Positions 50,270-63,640 of a DNA stretch of 64,000 nt are shown piece by piece. Below the pieces are notes generated by a model that was given only the letters and a program-made list of their open reading frames with translations, was not told the origin of the DNA and searched no databases. Every line of letters starts with the position of its first letter. The first letter of the stretch is position 1. The stretch comes from the human T2T-CHM13v2.0 reference genome, Homo sapiens. Location of the stretch: the NCBI RefSeq assembly GCF_009914755.1, contig NC_060939.1; one strand, 5' to 3'. A program made the position numbers and the translations under genes.

Positions 50270-51380
50270 AGAGTCCAGTTGCAAATAATTTTATACATAA
50301 TTTTTATTTCTACCAGAGCATTTTTGGATATACTCCCTAATAGATAGTTACTATTTTTGCTTTAAGGAATCAATTATTTTTTCAAGAAATAAAAATATTA
50401 ATTTTTACCTCCAGAAATTATTTTTATATCTTCAATTTCTTTCTTTTTTAATTTAATGTTGTCTTCTATATTATTAAACTTGTGAGTCATATTTAGAGTC
50501 TCCGTTTCAATATTCTTTTCTACTAACTCCATCACTTCTACCGTTTGGAGACATTTTTCTATTGATTGATATTTTTTCCTGCTTTTGGTTCTTTTATTCT
50601 GCTTTTTTGGTCTGCCTTGTAATTTTTTATTGAATAGCATATATTTTGAATTTTGCATTGTTGGGTGATAGATTTTGATGTATTCCTTTAAGTAGTATTT
50701 GTCTGTGTTCTGGCACACAACTACTTGAAATCACTTGGGTCATTCATACATTTGCTTTTAAGTTATATTAGCGAAGTTGCAATGCCATCTTTCTTTTCAG
50801 GTTAATTTAGTCTCACTAGTAGGGTGATACCTCTGTGGAGACTCTACCTGAAGCCGCTTATATTATGGGATCTTTTTCTGTTGACTGGTCAGAACATGAT
50901 TTATTTCCAGCCTCCTGAGAATTTCAAGAATTGTTTAGTCTGCTGCTTTTTGCTGTTTCTTTCCAAGACCTAATGTATGTGCGTATCAGTACTCAAAGAG
51001 GACTGAAGGGCCATTTCTACAGATTCTCTGTAGCTTGCCGCTTTCTATGAAGCAACCTCCTCTCCATTGCCCCTCAATTTGAGCCTCCTTGGCCTCCACA
51101 AACTCTAATCTGTATCTTTTCAAATCACAAATACTACCAAGCTCTTCTTGGGGCCACTTCTCCCCGCGCTGTAGCCTAGAAACTGCCTCCAAGCAGAAAG
51201 TGGGGCAGTTGTCAGGCTCCTCTCATTTGCTTTCCTTCTTTAGTACTAAGGATCCTAGTCATGTGCTGCTTCTTGTGAAATGTCTGGAGACCATTATTTT
51301 ATGTATTTTTTTCTAGCTCTGTTGTTGTTTAAGTCAGGAAGGTTAAGGCATTCCTCGTTACATCATCATGGCTGGGAGCA
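50270..51380 (-). mobile_element. Old L1M 5'/ORF1 region
   Basis: Reverse of a degenerate L1M 5' region (gtactcaaagaggactgaagggccatttctacagattctctg); ORF 50398-50718 has ORF1 coiled-coil-like composition. Confidence 0.6.
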
Positions 51381-51580
51381 AACATCTACAACTCTGTCTT
51401 TACTCTTGAGTGATTGATTGTTTTCTTTAATAATTTTTGCATGTATTATTTTATGAACTTACTGCCATTGTGAAATTTACTGTCAGTGCATTTGTCATTT
51501 ATTCATAGGTAATATGCCTCTCTCTTTTTTTCCAACCCAAAGCAAGAGGGCAAGGGAGCTCATTCATATAGTTCATACAG

Positions 51581-51666
51581 GTAGGAAAAGAAAGCATCCA
51601 AGTTTGCCTGAGACTGCTCTAGTCTTTGCAATGAAAGTCCTGTGTCCAGGATAGTTGGTCATCCTA
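51581..51666 (+). mobile_element. MER81-like hAT-Blackjack MITE inside an ERVL LTR fragment
   Basis: gtttgcctgagactg...gaaagtcctgtgtcc...gttggtcatccta; TSD-like catacagg / cagtatagg. Confidence 0.6.
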
Positions 51667-51996
51667 CAGTATAGGTCAGCATCTCGGGGTAAAAAACAGG
51701 GTGAAGAAGGGTGTAAAGTGGATTGAGAGGGACAGATAGAAGGTATTTAACACACATGGTCTTGACAATGTTTTCATATCCATTTTCCTAATTCTTAATT
51801 TTTAAAAATATCACTAATTCTCTAATTAGTAAAATTTTAAAATTTTACTTCTCCCTTTAGTTGTGTATGGCATGTCATTTAACCTTTCCTTTGATTTTTT
51901 TTGTGCCCTATTTTTCTTTTATACGATTTCTGTTTCATGATTTTTCAAATTGGCTAATGTATGTTTGTTTATTCTTTTTTTTTTTTAATGGTTCCA

Positions 51997-52444
51997 TGTT
52001 ATCTCAGATTGGGTTCTCCAAGAAGCAGACTCTCGGAATTAGATGAGCAAGCAGGACATTTGCTAAGTAGTGGTTGGGACCAACATCTGCAAAAGGGAGA
52101 GATACAAAACAGAGTTTGAAAAGAGTGAGAAGATGAACTACATGACAGTCCCAACGAAAGCTTAGCTGATGCCACGGGGAGCTCTGGAGATGGAATGGCT
52201 TTTCAGATTTATACTGAATTGGACCAGGGGGTTAGGTTATCATCTGTCTGATAAATCACTGGAAGTAGGGCACCCCTAGAAGGTGGTGTGACCTTGAGTG
52301 ACGCAGTTTTATTTATTTGAGGCAACCTACAAAGAGGACTCATAGCTCAAAGTCCTACTCTGGAAGCCCTCATAGCAGCTGGGGAAATATAAGTATGTTA
52401 CTTCCAAAGGAGAATCTGAGTAGTCCCTCGCAGCAACCACCACA
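51997..52444 (-). mobile_element. LTR16-family (ERVL) solo LTR
   Basis: tgttatctcagattgggttctccaagaagcagactct...ggggagctctggagatgga...gtgaccttgagtga...aggagaatctgag...accaca. Confidence 0.75.
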
Positions 52445-53099
52445 CGTTATTTTTTCTTCTCTTTCTTGCATGCCTTTATTTATTTTGATCATAAATGGTT
52501 AATAAGCTTTATCTTATAGCTTAGCTACCTAATTTTTTGAATGTCTGATTGTGTGGTTTATTGTGTCTACTGACTTCGGCTGATGTGAATGACACAAGAA
52601 CTGCTTTTCCTGGTGTATTTTGTAAGTGTGCATGAGTAATTCTTTCCTGTGGGAATTTAACTGTGGAAGTTCTCTGTAGCTTATATTTACTTTCTAGAAA
52701 ATTACTTTCTAGAAAATTATAAACACTTTCTAGAGTGTTTATCATTTTCTCTGCTCTAGGTTTTCATAGGTTTTTCTTTCATGTTAAATTTTAACTGAGA
52801 TATTCCTGTACCACATGGTTACATTTTAACTCCAAACCCATGTGAGATTCAGGCCCAGGATATCAAAGTTTAGAGAAAGCCTTTGATGTTTTTGTCATTA
52901 TTCCTCCAGCCACAGCTCAGGTGGAGAACAAAAAGCTTCATTATTGTCGCCTTGTGATGAATTTTTGTGAATCTCTACCTTTTCTAGATTATATGAACAT
53001 TATTCAGGGGTTATAGCTTGGCATCACTTTCTCACAAAGGCTCAGAGTCTCAATTCCTATTTTTGTGGGATAATTAAATTGCAAATTTAGGTAACCTTA

Positions 53100-53468
53100 T
53101 CTTTTAGTAATTAATGCCAGCTAATGTAACAAATTACCCCAATATCTTACAGGCTTAACACAACATAAGTTGATTGTTCACATATCATTCAATAAAGATT
53201 GAGCATCTCTTTTGGATACTTTTCTCTAAGTAGCAATTGGGGGTTTAGATGCCTTCCAAGACATAGCTTCCCTATTTTCATTTGTTTCCAGAAACATGGA
53301 TGAAGGAGAGAGCGTGTAGAAGTGTGAATAGGCTATATTTAGGGATAATCCCTCCTACCCACCATCCATTGGCCAGAACTCACTCGCATGGTCAACCTAA
53401 CTGCAAGGGAGGCTGAGAAATATACAAAAACACGTGACTATGGATAAACACTAATAGTTTCTGCCATA
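53100..53468 (-). mobile_element. MLT1J/K-like LTR
   Basis: gtaacaaattacccc...ggcttaacacaac...ccattggccagaact...cctaactgcaagggaggctgagaaat. Confidence 0.7.
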
Positions 53469-55287
53469 TTTTGACAGAAAAACCACAGTATAATTCTTGT
53501 ATTACACATAAGCTCAATGCTCTGGTTTTCCATTCCCTCTTTTTTGTCCTTGTGAGCTCAGCTAAGTATTTAATGGGTGTTAGCCTGTACTTCTAGGTAT
53601 TTTGTTCTCGGAAAGCTTTGAGGTTGTCTGGTTCTCCATATTGCAGAGAACAGAAGTTCAAATTCGCCAGTCTAAATGCAGCTGTCCTAAATATGCTATT
53701 CAGACAAGATATTGTCTGAACAATAATTGAAATTTTCCAGAATCTAACACAGTGCCTGACACATAGGAGGTGATTAGTAAATGTTGGTTAAATTGTAAAA
53801 TTATAAAATGTAGCACTCTACAGAAGTCTCTGTGCAAAATATCAAGAATCCATGAGTTGCAAAATCCAACAAGGGAGTGCTCCTGAGCTGTCATTGGAAT
53901 TGCTTGCATGTATGGCAAATGGAGATACCCTCTTTCTCATTCTATGAAAATTAGGCCTCTGCTCTCATAATGCCATCAGTGCTAGACAGATCTTAACTTT
54001 CTTTAATGCTCATAGCTTCCTAACATAATTTTGAGTGAGGGAGTTTTGCCTTATTCATCTTGCCTAGCACCATGTAACTAAAGTGGTTTTAGTGCTTGTG
54101 GGTTTTCCATTCTCCTTGTTTTTTATTTGAGGGTTAAAGCACATACAGCGTGGTGCTCTATGTCTGGATGTAAAGACCTAGGAGTTCCCTCATCATCTAC
54201 CATTATCTTTTTCAGCAAGTAAATGCCATATTTTCACCTTAGCCTGCATTTTACTGCATCTAGAGATTTATAAAGGGTTCAAGGTTGAGGATCTGTAAGA
54301 GAAAGGCAATAGAGGCCTACTCTGCAACTCTGCACAACTGTTTGCATTCACAGATTGTGCAGTCAGCATTTATGTGCCTTGGAAAACCAGGCTGGATGAC
54401 AGCACCTAGAGAACAGCTTTGTCTTTCATTTTAGTTTCATTTCCTGGTGTCATGGAAGATGGGTGCATGTTTCCTTTGCTGTTGACAGGTGTCATACCCA
54501 AATTCAACTGCATTTTCCCTGTAATTTACTTCTTCCATTCTTCTTGAAGTAAATGTCACTCATAGTTTCTTGTAGCTGCCATTGGCCTAATGTGTATAAA
54601 ATGCAACCCTCAGTCCTGAACTGATAGCTGATGTGTGGATGTTACAAAAACCAGATCAGTAAGATCATGCCATGGAACTGAGGGCAAACCTTGGGAATAA
54701 CTGTGGACAAGTCCGTTAACCTGTTTTGGCCTCAGCTTCTTTATCGGTAGAGTGCACATGTTAATCTGTATCATCCTTTCCACTATGACATCTTGGGATT
54801 CTAGCTCTTGTTGATGTTTTTTATTAATGGTTAGTTTCTGCATTTCTTAGTGAATTGTTTAAAACATTTTCTTACATGTACACTTAATTATTGGTCTAGG
54901 CTATTAATTGCATTTTGTGAATCTATGTATTAAATATTAAATATGGATGCATTGCTGTGAGAGCAATTTCAGATGGTGTTGCACTGAGGAAAACAGAGAT
55001 TACAAGTAACTCAAATGTTTTCTTGAAATCCTTAAGACTAAAAAATTTCTCCAAATAGTGCACAGAAATATTTTTTTAACATCCCTTGTTCTTTCTACAC
55101 CTCTCTATCTTCATAAACTCTGCAGACTCTCCCTCCTCCAAGTGCAGAAGAACCTTTTAATCCCTCACTTCCTCTCTTCCTCCTATCAATTTCTCTTAAT
55201 TATTTCATTTCCTACAGAGATTCATGTGCTGCCTTTCTTAGTCCTCAGGGAATTATAGTTTATCTTCTGTCCTCAGTCTATTCTTAC

Positions 55288-55485
55288 CCTTCTCTTCATC
55301 ATCTGTCTCCATCCACTTCTTGGGCAAAGGATAAAAGGCAGGGAAGCAGACAATGAATGTTCTCCTTTTTGCCATATTCATCTCTAAGTGATGATTTTTT
55401 TTGCAAATGGTTATGAAAGGGCAGGAATGATAATTCAAGGAAATCATGATGAGAAACATGAGAAGGGTGTATTTCAGCTCCTTAC
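55288..55485 (-). other. Candidate recursive-splicing (RS) exon / cryptic exon
   Basis: Long polypyrimidine tract-CAG|GTAAGG at 55486/55485; second donor AGG|GTAAGA at 55288/55287. Confidence 0.4.
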
Positions 55486-55959
55486 CTGTGGTGTAGGAGA
55501 GACATGAAGAAAAAAAAGAATAAAATTCCCAGTGATAATCCCTTCTCTTTTCTTCTCTTCCATTGAGTTTATTAAAATGCAGGGGGTCATGAGTCCTTGA
55601 AATATTAAGCTGGGCACACTGCCTAATATTACCTTTCCTCCCCAATACTAGGAAACTGTGGGATCTTTGTGGGCTAGTTCCAAAATTATATAATATTCAA
55701 GTGCCCACTTCGGGCAATAATTACCTCCAAAAGCCCATTCTAAGACAAGTGAATTATGGGATAGAAAAGTAGACAGGTAATTCACTTTTAATTTTTTAAA
55801 ATTCAGACTTTCTTGAGATGATTTTGAGTTGGTCAGTTTCTGATGAAGTTTACTCTTATCTAATCTAAATGTCCACAAATGGGTGTAAATTATTGAATAT
55901 CTGGACTGGCCTCCCAACTGTTGACCCTTTAAGAGAAGGTATCTTATATGATTTAGAAA

Positions 55960-56345
55960 CCATTGACTGCTAACATTAAATAATAAAGGGTGTTTCTATA
56001 TACAAAATGTCTCAAGGGATGCAGCTGATTGCACTATATTGGTGACCTATGACATCAGAGCTGGCATCTCTGTGATTAATCTGGCCATCATTTTATCTTT
56101 CCACATCATGACCACAAGATGACTTCTGTAGACTTAGCTTTATGTCTGCACTCAAGCAGAAAGAAGGGGAAGAGAGAAAAAATTATACCTGGAACTTTTC
56201 CCCCCTTTAATTAGGAAACTATAAGCAAGCACTTTCCCCAAACAACCCTACCCCACCCCTACCCACTGTCATCCCAGCAGACATGTCATTTGATAGAACT
56301 AGATCTTGTGGCCATTCCTTACTGTAATGGAGGCTAGAAAAGAAG
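55960..56345 (-). mobile_element. MLT1 (J/K-like) LTR fragment
   Basis: catgaccacaagatgact...cccagcagac...cattccttactgtaatggaggctagaaa. Confidence 0.55.
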
Positions 56346-56460
56346 AGAAGGAGACTGATGCATGAGCCACTGCCCAGGGCCATGAATACCGTGGCTCTGA
56401 AGTAATTGGGGTGCTTCTCTCAAGGAAAATGGGGCAAGGGCTCTGACAGAGCCAGTCCTC

Positions 56461-56720
56461 ACTTGTTCCAAGATACCTCTCAAATAAGTGAACATCATCT
56501 TTTAGAGACCTTCTTTAAAAGAATAGAGCTAGTAAGTTTTTGTAGAAGTTTACTAGTAAGTGTTGATGAAATAATCTTCAATATATGGAGACTTGTTCCA
56601 GTATACCTCTAAAAGAAGTAGAGCATCATCTTTTAGATAACTTTACCTTAAAAAAAGAGTAGTAAGCTTTTGCAGAAGTTTTCTAGTACATATTGACAAA
56701 ATATTCTTCAATATATGGAA
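56461..56720. repeat. Diverged 130-bp tandem duplication (2 copies)
   Basis: Both units start acttgttcca and end tcttcaatatatgga (56461-56590, 56591-56720). Confidence 0.92.
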
Positions 56721-59674
56721 GCAGGAAAGAGAAAGAGGAAAGGGAAAAGAAAGCAAGAATATCCATGGGGAAAGTCATGGAACTGAGGCATTTTTCCTGG
56801 TGAACCTAGGGTGTAAATTTATAGTTCTCTGTAGAATTCATCATCCATTCTACCTTGTATTTTGCTTATATGAAATTATTCCTCCACCCCACCTTGGTGC
56901 TTCTAGATATTCTACTTTAATCTGAGTTCCTCAGCACTAGCATGACTGAGAGTGGCACCAAGAGACTATGGGTGTATCCCCTTCCTTTAGTTTTGTAACG
57001 ATAAATGAAAAGCCGAATGTATAACTCCCTGAGAACTTGGCAAGCACAGTGGTATTGCAGAAATCACACAGTCAACATGTGCACGTGGGAGAGTTTTTCC
57101 TCTCTTGGGGAAATAGAGTTTCCCCAGTGCTGAAGAACTGGAGGCATAGGTATATTCAGAAATACTTGCACACTGAATCTGTGTTCACACCTCAGCTCTA
57201 GATAAAGCCTTGCTGCCTTTGGATGTGTTCAAAGAAATGTAAGAATCCAATGTTTAAAAACATTTCTTTAGATGTAGTGAATAAATGTATTTCATAATTT
57301 CTTCTGGATGGAGATGCAAACCTCAAGTATAAAAGACTGGGGAATCAAGAGCAGAGCATTTCAGGTCTGGTAAGATACTACTTTGTGTGTGCAATGCCAC
57401 TGCAGCCTTGTGACCCCTGAATTTGAAATCCCTTAGGACTCTGAGGTTGAAGAACACTTTGCTGAAATATGTTTTTCAGTTCCAGCCCTATGTGCCGTCT
57501 CACATCCATTAAAATATTTTACTGTGAGGACTTAAATGACAAAGTAAATCTCACCTTATGGTAGATCTATGCATGTGGTTCTTTCCCTCTTGCTAGCCTC
57601 CAGGAATGCAGGTTTCACAAGTAAGACTGAAGACATGGAAGACTGTGGTCCTGGTTGCTCTTCCCAGTGCTGGGTTTTCCTGCCACACTACAACAGGGCT
57701 GTCTGGGGAAAGACTGCACTAATGTGGAACAGGTTGCTATTATTGGAAATATATCAGAGAGAATCTTGTTGACTAAAATTACCTGTTACACCAGCCTCAG
57801 CTAGTGTGTTAAATGAGTTCCAAGGAAAAAGAAAACTGAAAAAATTTAGGAGGCACCTGACAAGGCACTGATAGCACATTTATTCCTATCAATTACCAAA
57901 ATCCTAATAAGAATTGGTAGTCTGCTCACCTTATTGAAGCACTGGGAGAAATCTGGGAAACATTACACCAAGTACATGTCTGCAGAGGTATACTCCTGAA
58001 CCCCCAAAGGCAGGCCTATGCAGAGAAGTAATTTCTGAATTCGAAGGTTGCAGTGTAGGTGGGTGATATATGGAGAGAATGGTTATTGAATCCCAGCAAA
58101 GCCACCCCGTTCTTCCAGTGTTGTTTCCTCCTGATAATAAAGGAGCAGCCTGTCTCTATATGAGTGACTTCGCACCCACTTAGCTGTGAATTTGGAGCAG
58201 AAATAACTTGGAAGAATCCAAGAAATGTGGGCTTTAACCATGAGATGCCAAAAACCTGTGGGAATAACACAAGATCAGGAACCTAACCAAGCAAAAAGCT
58301 ACAATTTTTATTATAAAGCAAGTAGCAGCCGCAAATTGAAAGGCATGAGCTATATCAACCAGTTATAGATACAGCAGAAAAAGAAGCCACACAGAAGGAT
58401 GCCATGTGGAAAATGTTCTGTGAGCTTCTTAAGGAAACACAGAGCAGAGAGCATGGTGCGGAACTAACATCCCACAGGCTAATTCTTGCTGTCAGGTTAC
58501 AATGCCTTGATTTGCAGTGATTGTCAAAAACATGAGTTGCTAGAGTTCATCCCCACCCCCACACTTCAATACAGATTTCCTAGTAACTTCACTGACAGTA
58601 ACTATAGCAATAGCTGCCATAACCTAAGTCCACTGAACTGGGAGAAGGCACTGCTCCCAGCCACTGAGGGTCTGAGGCTTTGCTGTTCAACATGGTGACT
58701 TACAAGATTTCCTTTGCTCTTCTCTCTTTTGCAGTAGCATATGCTTAAGCACAAGCAAGCATAGAGTATCTGGGAGAGGAGCACTAAGGAAAGCCTTTAA
58801 TTACTCCATACGTTTGCCTGTGGCCAATGTTATAGTCATGGAGAAGAGCAGAATAGGTTATTTGGCTAAATATTTTATTTTGGTGTCAAGAACAAAACAA
58901 AGACTCTAGACATTGGACTACTGACTAACTGTGCTTTTTCCTAAAGAAATGATATCTGAGAACAAACAGCCCTAAATACAATTAGCGATTTACAAATCAC
59001 TCTAGGCCTTGGTTTGAATGACTCTGCTCTGCCTGGCTATAGTCAAATCGAGTTCCAATTACATGTAAATACCATGGGGCAGTGCCGCTGCTGCATAGAA
59101 GACTAGCACTGTTCTGTACAGAGTGGATTTCTGGCTAGATTAAAATTCTTTTCTCAACTGAAATGTTATTAGAAACCCAAATATATAATACATAAAAAAG
59201 CTGAGTTTTTAAAACTTACTATTTTAAAATCATTATAGACTCATAGAAATTTGTAAAAATAGTACAGATAGGTCTCATATATCCTGCACTTAGCTTCCCT
59301 CAAAGCTACTATCTAACATAAACCTCTAGTATGACATCAAATATCAAAACAGACCTTCTCCATTATTACATTGTCATGAGACTTTGTAAATACTAGCTTG
59401 AGTAAAGAAAAAAAAATCTCAAAACATAATTGCATGTATTACATTCTGGCTGCTTGGCTTTTAAATGTTTTGATTCCTAATGCCTGGATACTACCCCTTA
59501 GTTAATCAGCCAATAGAAAATATGCTCTTAAACAAGGTTCTTCATTTATAATAATAATTATAAATCTATCTTTTAAAGGATCTCACTGATAATTTTGTGT
59601 TTTTAGGCTGCCATCTTATGCAATCTGATAACAATTTTTTTTAAAAAATGAGATTTAACAGCTTTCTTAGAATA

Positions 59675-60603
59675 AATTTTTGCTCTCTATCCATCTGACA
59701 AAGGGCTAATATGCAGAATCTACAAGGAACCCAAACAAATTTACAAGAAAAAAACAACCCCATCAAAAAGTGGGCAAAGGATATGAAGAGATACTTCTCA
59801 AAAGAAGACATTTATGTGGCCAACAAATGTATGAAAACAAGCTCATCATCACTAGTCATTAGAGAAATGCAAATCAAAACCACAATGAGATACTATCTCA
59901 TGCTAGTTAGAATGTCGATCATTAAAAAGTCAGGAAACAACAGGTGCTGGAGAGCATGTGGAAAAATAGGAACGCTTTTACACTGTTGGTGGGAGTGTAA
60001 TTAGTTCAACCATTGTGGAAGACAGTGTGGAGATTCCTCAAGGATCCAGAACTAGAAATACCATTTGACCCAGCAATCCCATTACTGCATATATACCCAA
60101 AGGATTATAAATCATTCTACCTTAAAGACATATGCACACGTATGTTTATTGTGGCACTATTCACCATAGCAAAGACTTGGAGCCAACCCAAATGCCCATC
60201 AATGATAGACTGGATAAAGAAAATGTGGCACATATACACTATGGAATACTATGTGTCCATAAAAAAAGGATGAATTCATGTTCTTTGCAGGGACATGGAT
60301 GAAGCTGGAAACCATTATTCTCAGCAAACTAACACAGGAACAGAAAACCAAACACCGCATGTTCTCACTCATAAGTGGAAGCTGAACAAGGAGAACACAT
60401 GGACACAGGGAGGGGAATATCGTACACTGGGGCTTTTTGTGGGGTGGGGGCCTAGGGGAGGGACAGCATTAGGAGAAATACATAATGTAAATGACGGGTT
60501 ACTGGGTGCAGCAAACCACCATGGCATATGTATACCTATGTAACGAAACTGCACGTTCTGAACATGTTCCTCAAAACTTAAAGTATAATAATAAAAAAAA
60601 AAA
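59675..60603 (+). mobile_element. 5'-truncated L1PA8-10-like element
   Basis: ORF2 C-terminus ([11 protein letters not shown]..., [18 protein letters not shown]) plus 3'UTR aaaccaccatggcatatgtatacc and polyA. Confidence 0.92.
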
Positions 60604-61019
60604 GAATTATAAGTCATCTCAGTGCTCTCCTTTTAGTGTTTTACTTGAGTGCGTGCATCGTTAGTATCATCTTCAACAGTGAGGGACTTTCAGAATCCAA
60701 GAGGGTAGATTTCTGGAGCACTGCTGTGTGTGGCATGCTACCTAGTGTACTCAGTCATGAACCAGAATGGTCACTACAAGTAATTTTCTCCACACTGTAC
60801 AGTTTTCTCTTATTCTAAATACCTGGAAGTTTGCTTCTATCTTTGGGTTTTACAAAACATTAAAAAAATTGTTAATACAAATTAATTCTTTACATTGTGG
60901 TGTGTACTAAGTACAGATTACATAAAGCCAATATAAGCATAAATATTTTCAGTGAGTGACAGAGGCCACACAGAAACAGCTCTATTGTTAGAAAGCCTTA
61001 AACATGCCATCATAAACAT

Positions 61020-61240
61020 TCCTTAGGGATATTCCATGTGTCATACATTATCTCATTTAGTCTTCTTAACCTTTCACTGGGGTAGGTGTTATGACTTTTT
61101 GTTATAACTGTAACTTTTCAGATGAGAAAATTGAGGCTTTAAGAAATTAAGTTGTGCTGTATCACAAAGCTAAGTGGAAGATCCAAGGTCTGAACTTCAG
61201 TCGAATACTAAACCAGTGCTTTTAAGTGCTACATAATGTG
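61020..61240 (-). mobile_element. MIR
   Basis: attatctcatttagtcttc...ttttcagatgagaaaattgaggct...aagttg...tcacaaagctaagtgg. Confidence 0.75.
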
Positions 61241-61771
61241 TCCTCATAGGACATTGTGGAAAACCTTATTCTGGAGGGACAAATGATCTCTCTAAGGCCC
61301 ACACAGGATCTTGCTGATCAGGGAACATCTAGGTGCTGATACCGTCAGACTAATCATAGAAGTTCTCAAGCTCTCTTTTGACAATTGTTATTGTTCAAAA
61401 GTCAGACTTTAATTTCAGCCCCTTCTTCCCCAGCTATTCAGAACTCACCTGCATTTTTTATTCTGTTCCCAAATGCTATTGCGTGTAACAACAGCTGACA
61501 GGGATTTTAGGAAATATGAACCATTTCATGTTTCCTTCAATCTGGAATGCCCCCAGTAAATACTGTCTACCTAGAAATGCTTATTTTTTCAGCTTTGTGG
61601 GATTTACCATCTTCCTAGTAAGGCACTATAGGCATTAACTCGTCTGAAAGGAAGACATTCTCCCGTACACTAAAGTGGGCTCTTCTTCCTGTTATTTCCA
61701 ATATTCTAGTTACAAGCAGCTTGGGGGAAAGTGTGGGTGTTTTACTCTTTCATGACCATTCTCTGCTACAT

Positions 61772-61965
61772 GAGGCTATATCCAGCTTTTGTGGGGCTAA
61801 AAACTCATACAACTTGGCAATCCCTTTTTAAGAAATGTAATACAGAAATACCTTCCATTTTTAAAACAGGTACACATTGCTAAGGCCCCTTCCAGATCTT
61901 AGGAAGAGGCCCATGCAGGCACCCCTGGGAAACTTAAACTCCAATAGCTTCATGATGCAGATAAT
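61772..61965 (-). mobile_element. MER53-like hAT fossil
   Basis: atccagcttttgtggggct...catacaacttgg...tttaagaaa...aatacag...tagcttcatg. Confidence 0.6.
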
Positions 61966-63279
61966 CTCAGCCTCCGTGGGGTAATGCTAGTCCTTCATAG
62001 AAGAAAGGCATCATGACACAGGTATACTAATATCTGTTTCAGAACCAGAGAGAACTTGAGACATCCTCAGAGTGCTGGGAGGGAGGTGGGTAAAGGGAAG
62101 GGCATACGAATCTCCAGGAGAAGGCAATACTCAGGCTCTATCATATACCTGGCATCTGGCAGCAAATGTTATGTGTTTATTGACTAAGAAAACGAGCACA
62201 GAGGATTTCCTTGACAGGTCTCACAGGTAGATTTTTCTGATCTAATGAGCCAATGAATTGGTTCTTCTTTAGTAACATTTGGATATTTTAAATTAAACTA
62301 TTTTTTAAAACTCTGTATTTATTTTAAATATGAGGCTAGGACTTTGACTTTGTGATCATTCTCGGTATCCAGCCTGCCAGATCAGTTTTCCTCGCCACTC
62401 TAGAGCAATCGAGCTCATGATAGAGATGTGAAAATCCATGTCCACATATGGTCAGACAAGCCTGGTACGCAGAAGGACATGGCGAATTAAGAAGTGCATC
62501 TGTCCCAGGCAAAATGCGTGCCCGGAAAAAGTGGATTATGTCCGAGCTTTAAGACACTGTGGTGTCCAATTTATTTATAATGTGTTTTCAAGGCAAAAAT
62601 CCAAGGATGTGTAAATGTAAGGAAGGGAAGGAATAAAAGCAACATTTGAAACTCAACGAGCTCCAGATCATTTTCATCAAACTTATTTCCAGTCACTGTC
62701 ACTCCCCCGAGCAGACATTTTTGTCACGAGGCACCAGGCCAATGCAGTCAGGTTCCTGACAGATTTCTTCATCAATCCAGGAAATATATAGTGGGCTATT
62801 TGTGCCATCTGCCACCCAGGTGTCAGTCATTGAAAGGCAGAACAGAACCCGGGAATGGCATTTGGAAGATTGCTGAATGCTGCACTGGGAAAGAGACTGG
62901 GAGCACATCAAGCATGATAATGAAAAGGACCACATCAGAAGAGCACAAAGGAGACAAAGACTTATGTTGAAGCTCTGACAAATGAGAGGAAATTCTACTG
63001 TCTCTCGGCCAATTGGATAAGAGTCTTGCTTTAGAAATCATAAAAACTTCAATATTTCTCAGGCATTTTGTAGTGGTTATTACACTCTTTATGTGTATAA
63101 GTATCTCCCTTGTAATAATATTTGCACACCCTTCTTTTTTGGAGAGAACACGAGGGAAGAAATTTCTGTTTGAGACATCCTAATCCTGACCTCATCTCAG
63201 CCTGTAATAAAAAAGCTTCACTGTATTTACCATCCTGAAATAATTATGATTTTCACTTAGAAATGTATTAAAGTCACAA

Positions 63280-63640
63280 CAGTAGTCCTCCCTTATCCAT
63301 GAGGGATATGTTTCCATACCCCCAATAGACGCCTAAAGCCACACATAGTATCAAACTCTAGAGATACCATGGCTTTTTAAAAAAAAATCTGATAGCCAAG
63401 ATGGTTACTAAATGACTAACAGGCAGGAAGGAAGCAAATGCCGTGTGGATCCACTAGACAATGGGAGGATTCACATCCCTGGAGGGACAGAGTGGGGCAG
63501 CGGGAGATTTCATCACACTACTCAGTACAGTGTGAAATGTGAAGCTTATGAATTGTTTATTTCTAGAATTTTCCATTTGATATTTTCAGATCAGGGTTGC
63601 CCATGTGTAACTGAAACCACAGATACAGGGAGGTGCCATT
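63280..63640 (+). mobile_element. MER44A (Tigger-type MITE)
   Basis: cagtagtcctcccttatcc...gagatttcatcacactactcag...cttatgaattgtttatttctagaattttccattt. Confidence 0.85.

Noticed and set aside
55253-55645. 130-aa minus-strand ORF as a stand-alone gene
   Set aside because: Non-ATG start, no recognisable homology, and it runs through a polypyrimidine tract; relevant only as the open phase of the candidate RS-exon.
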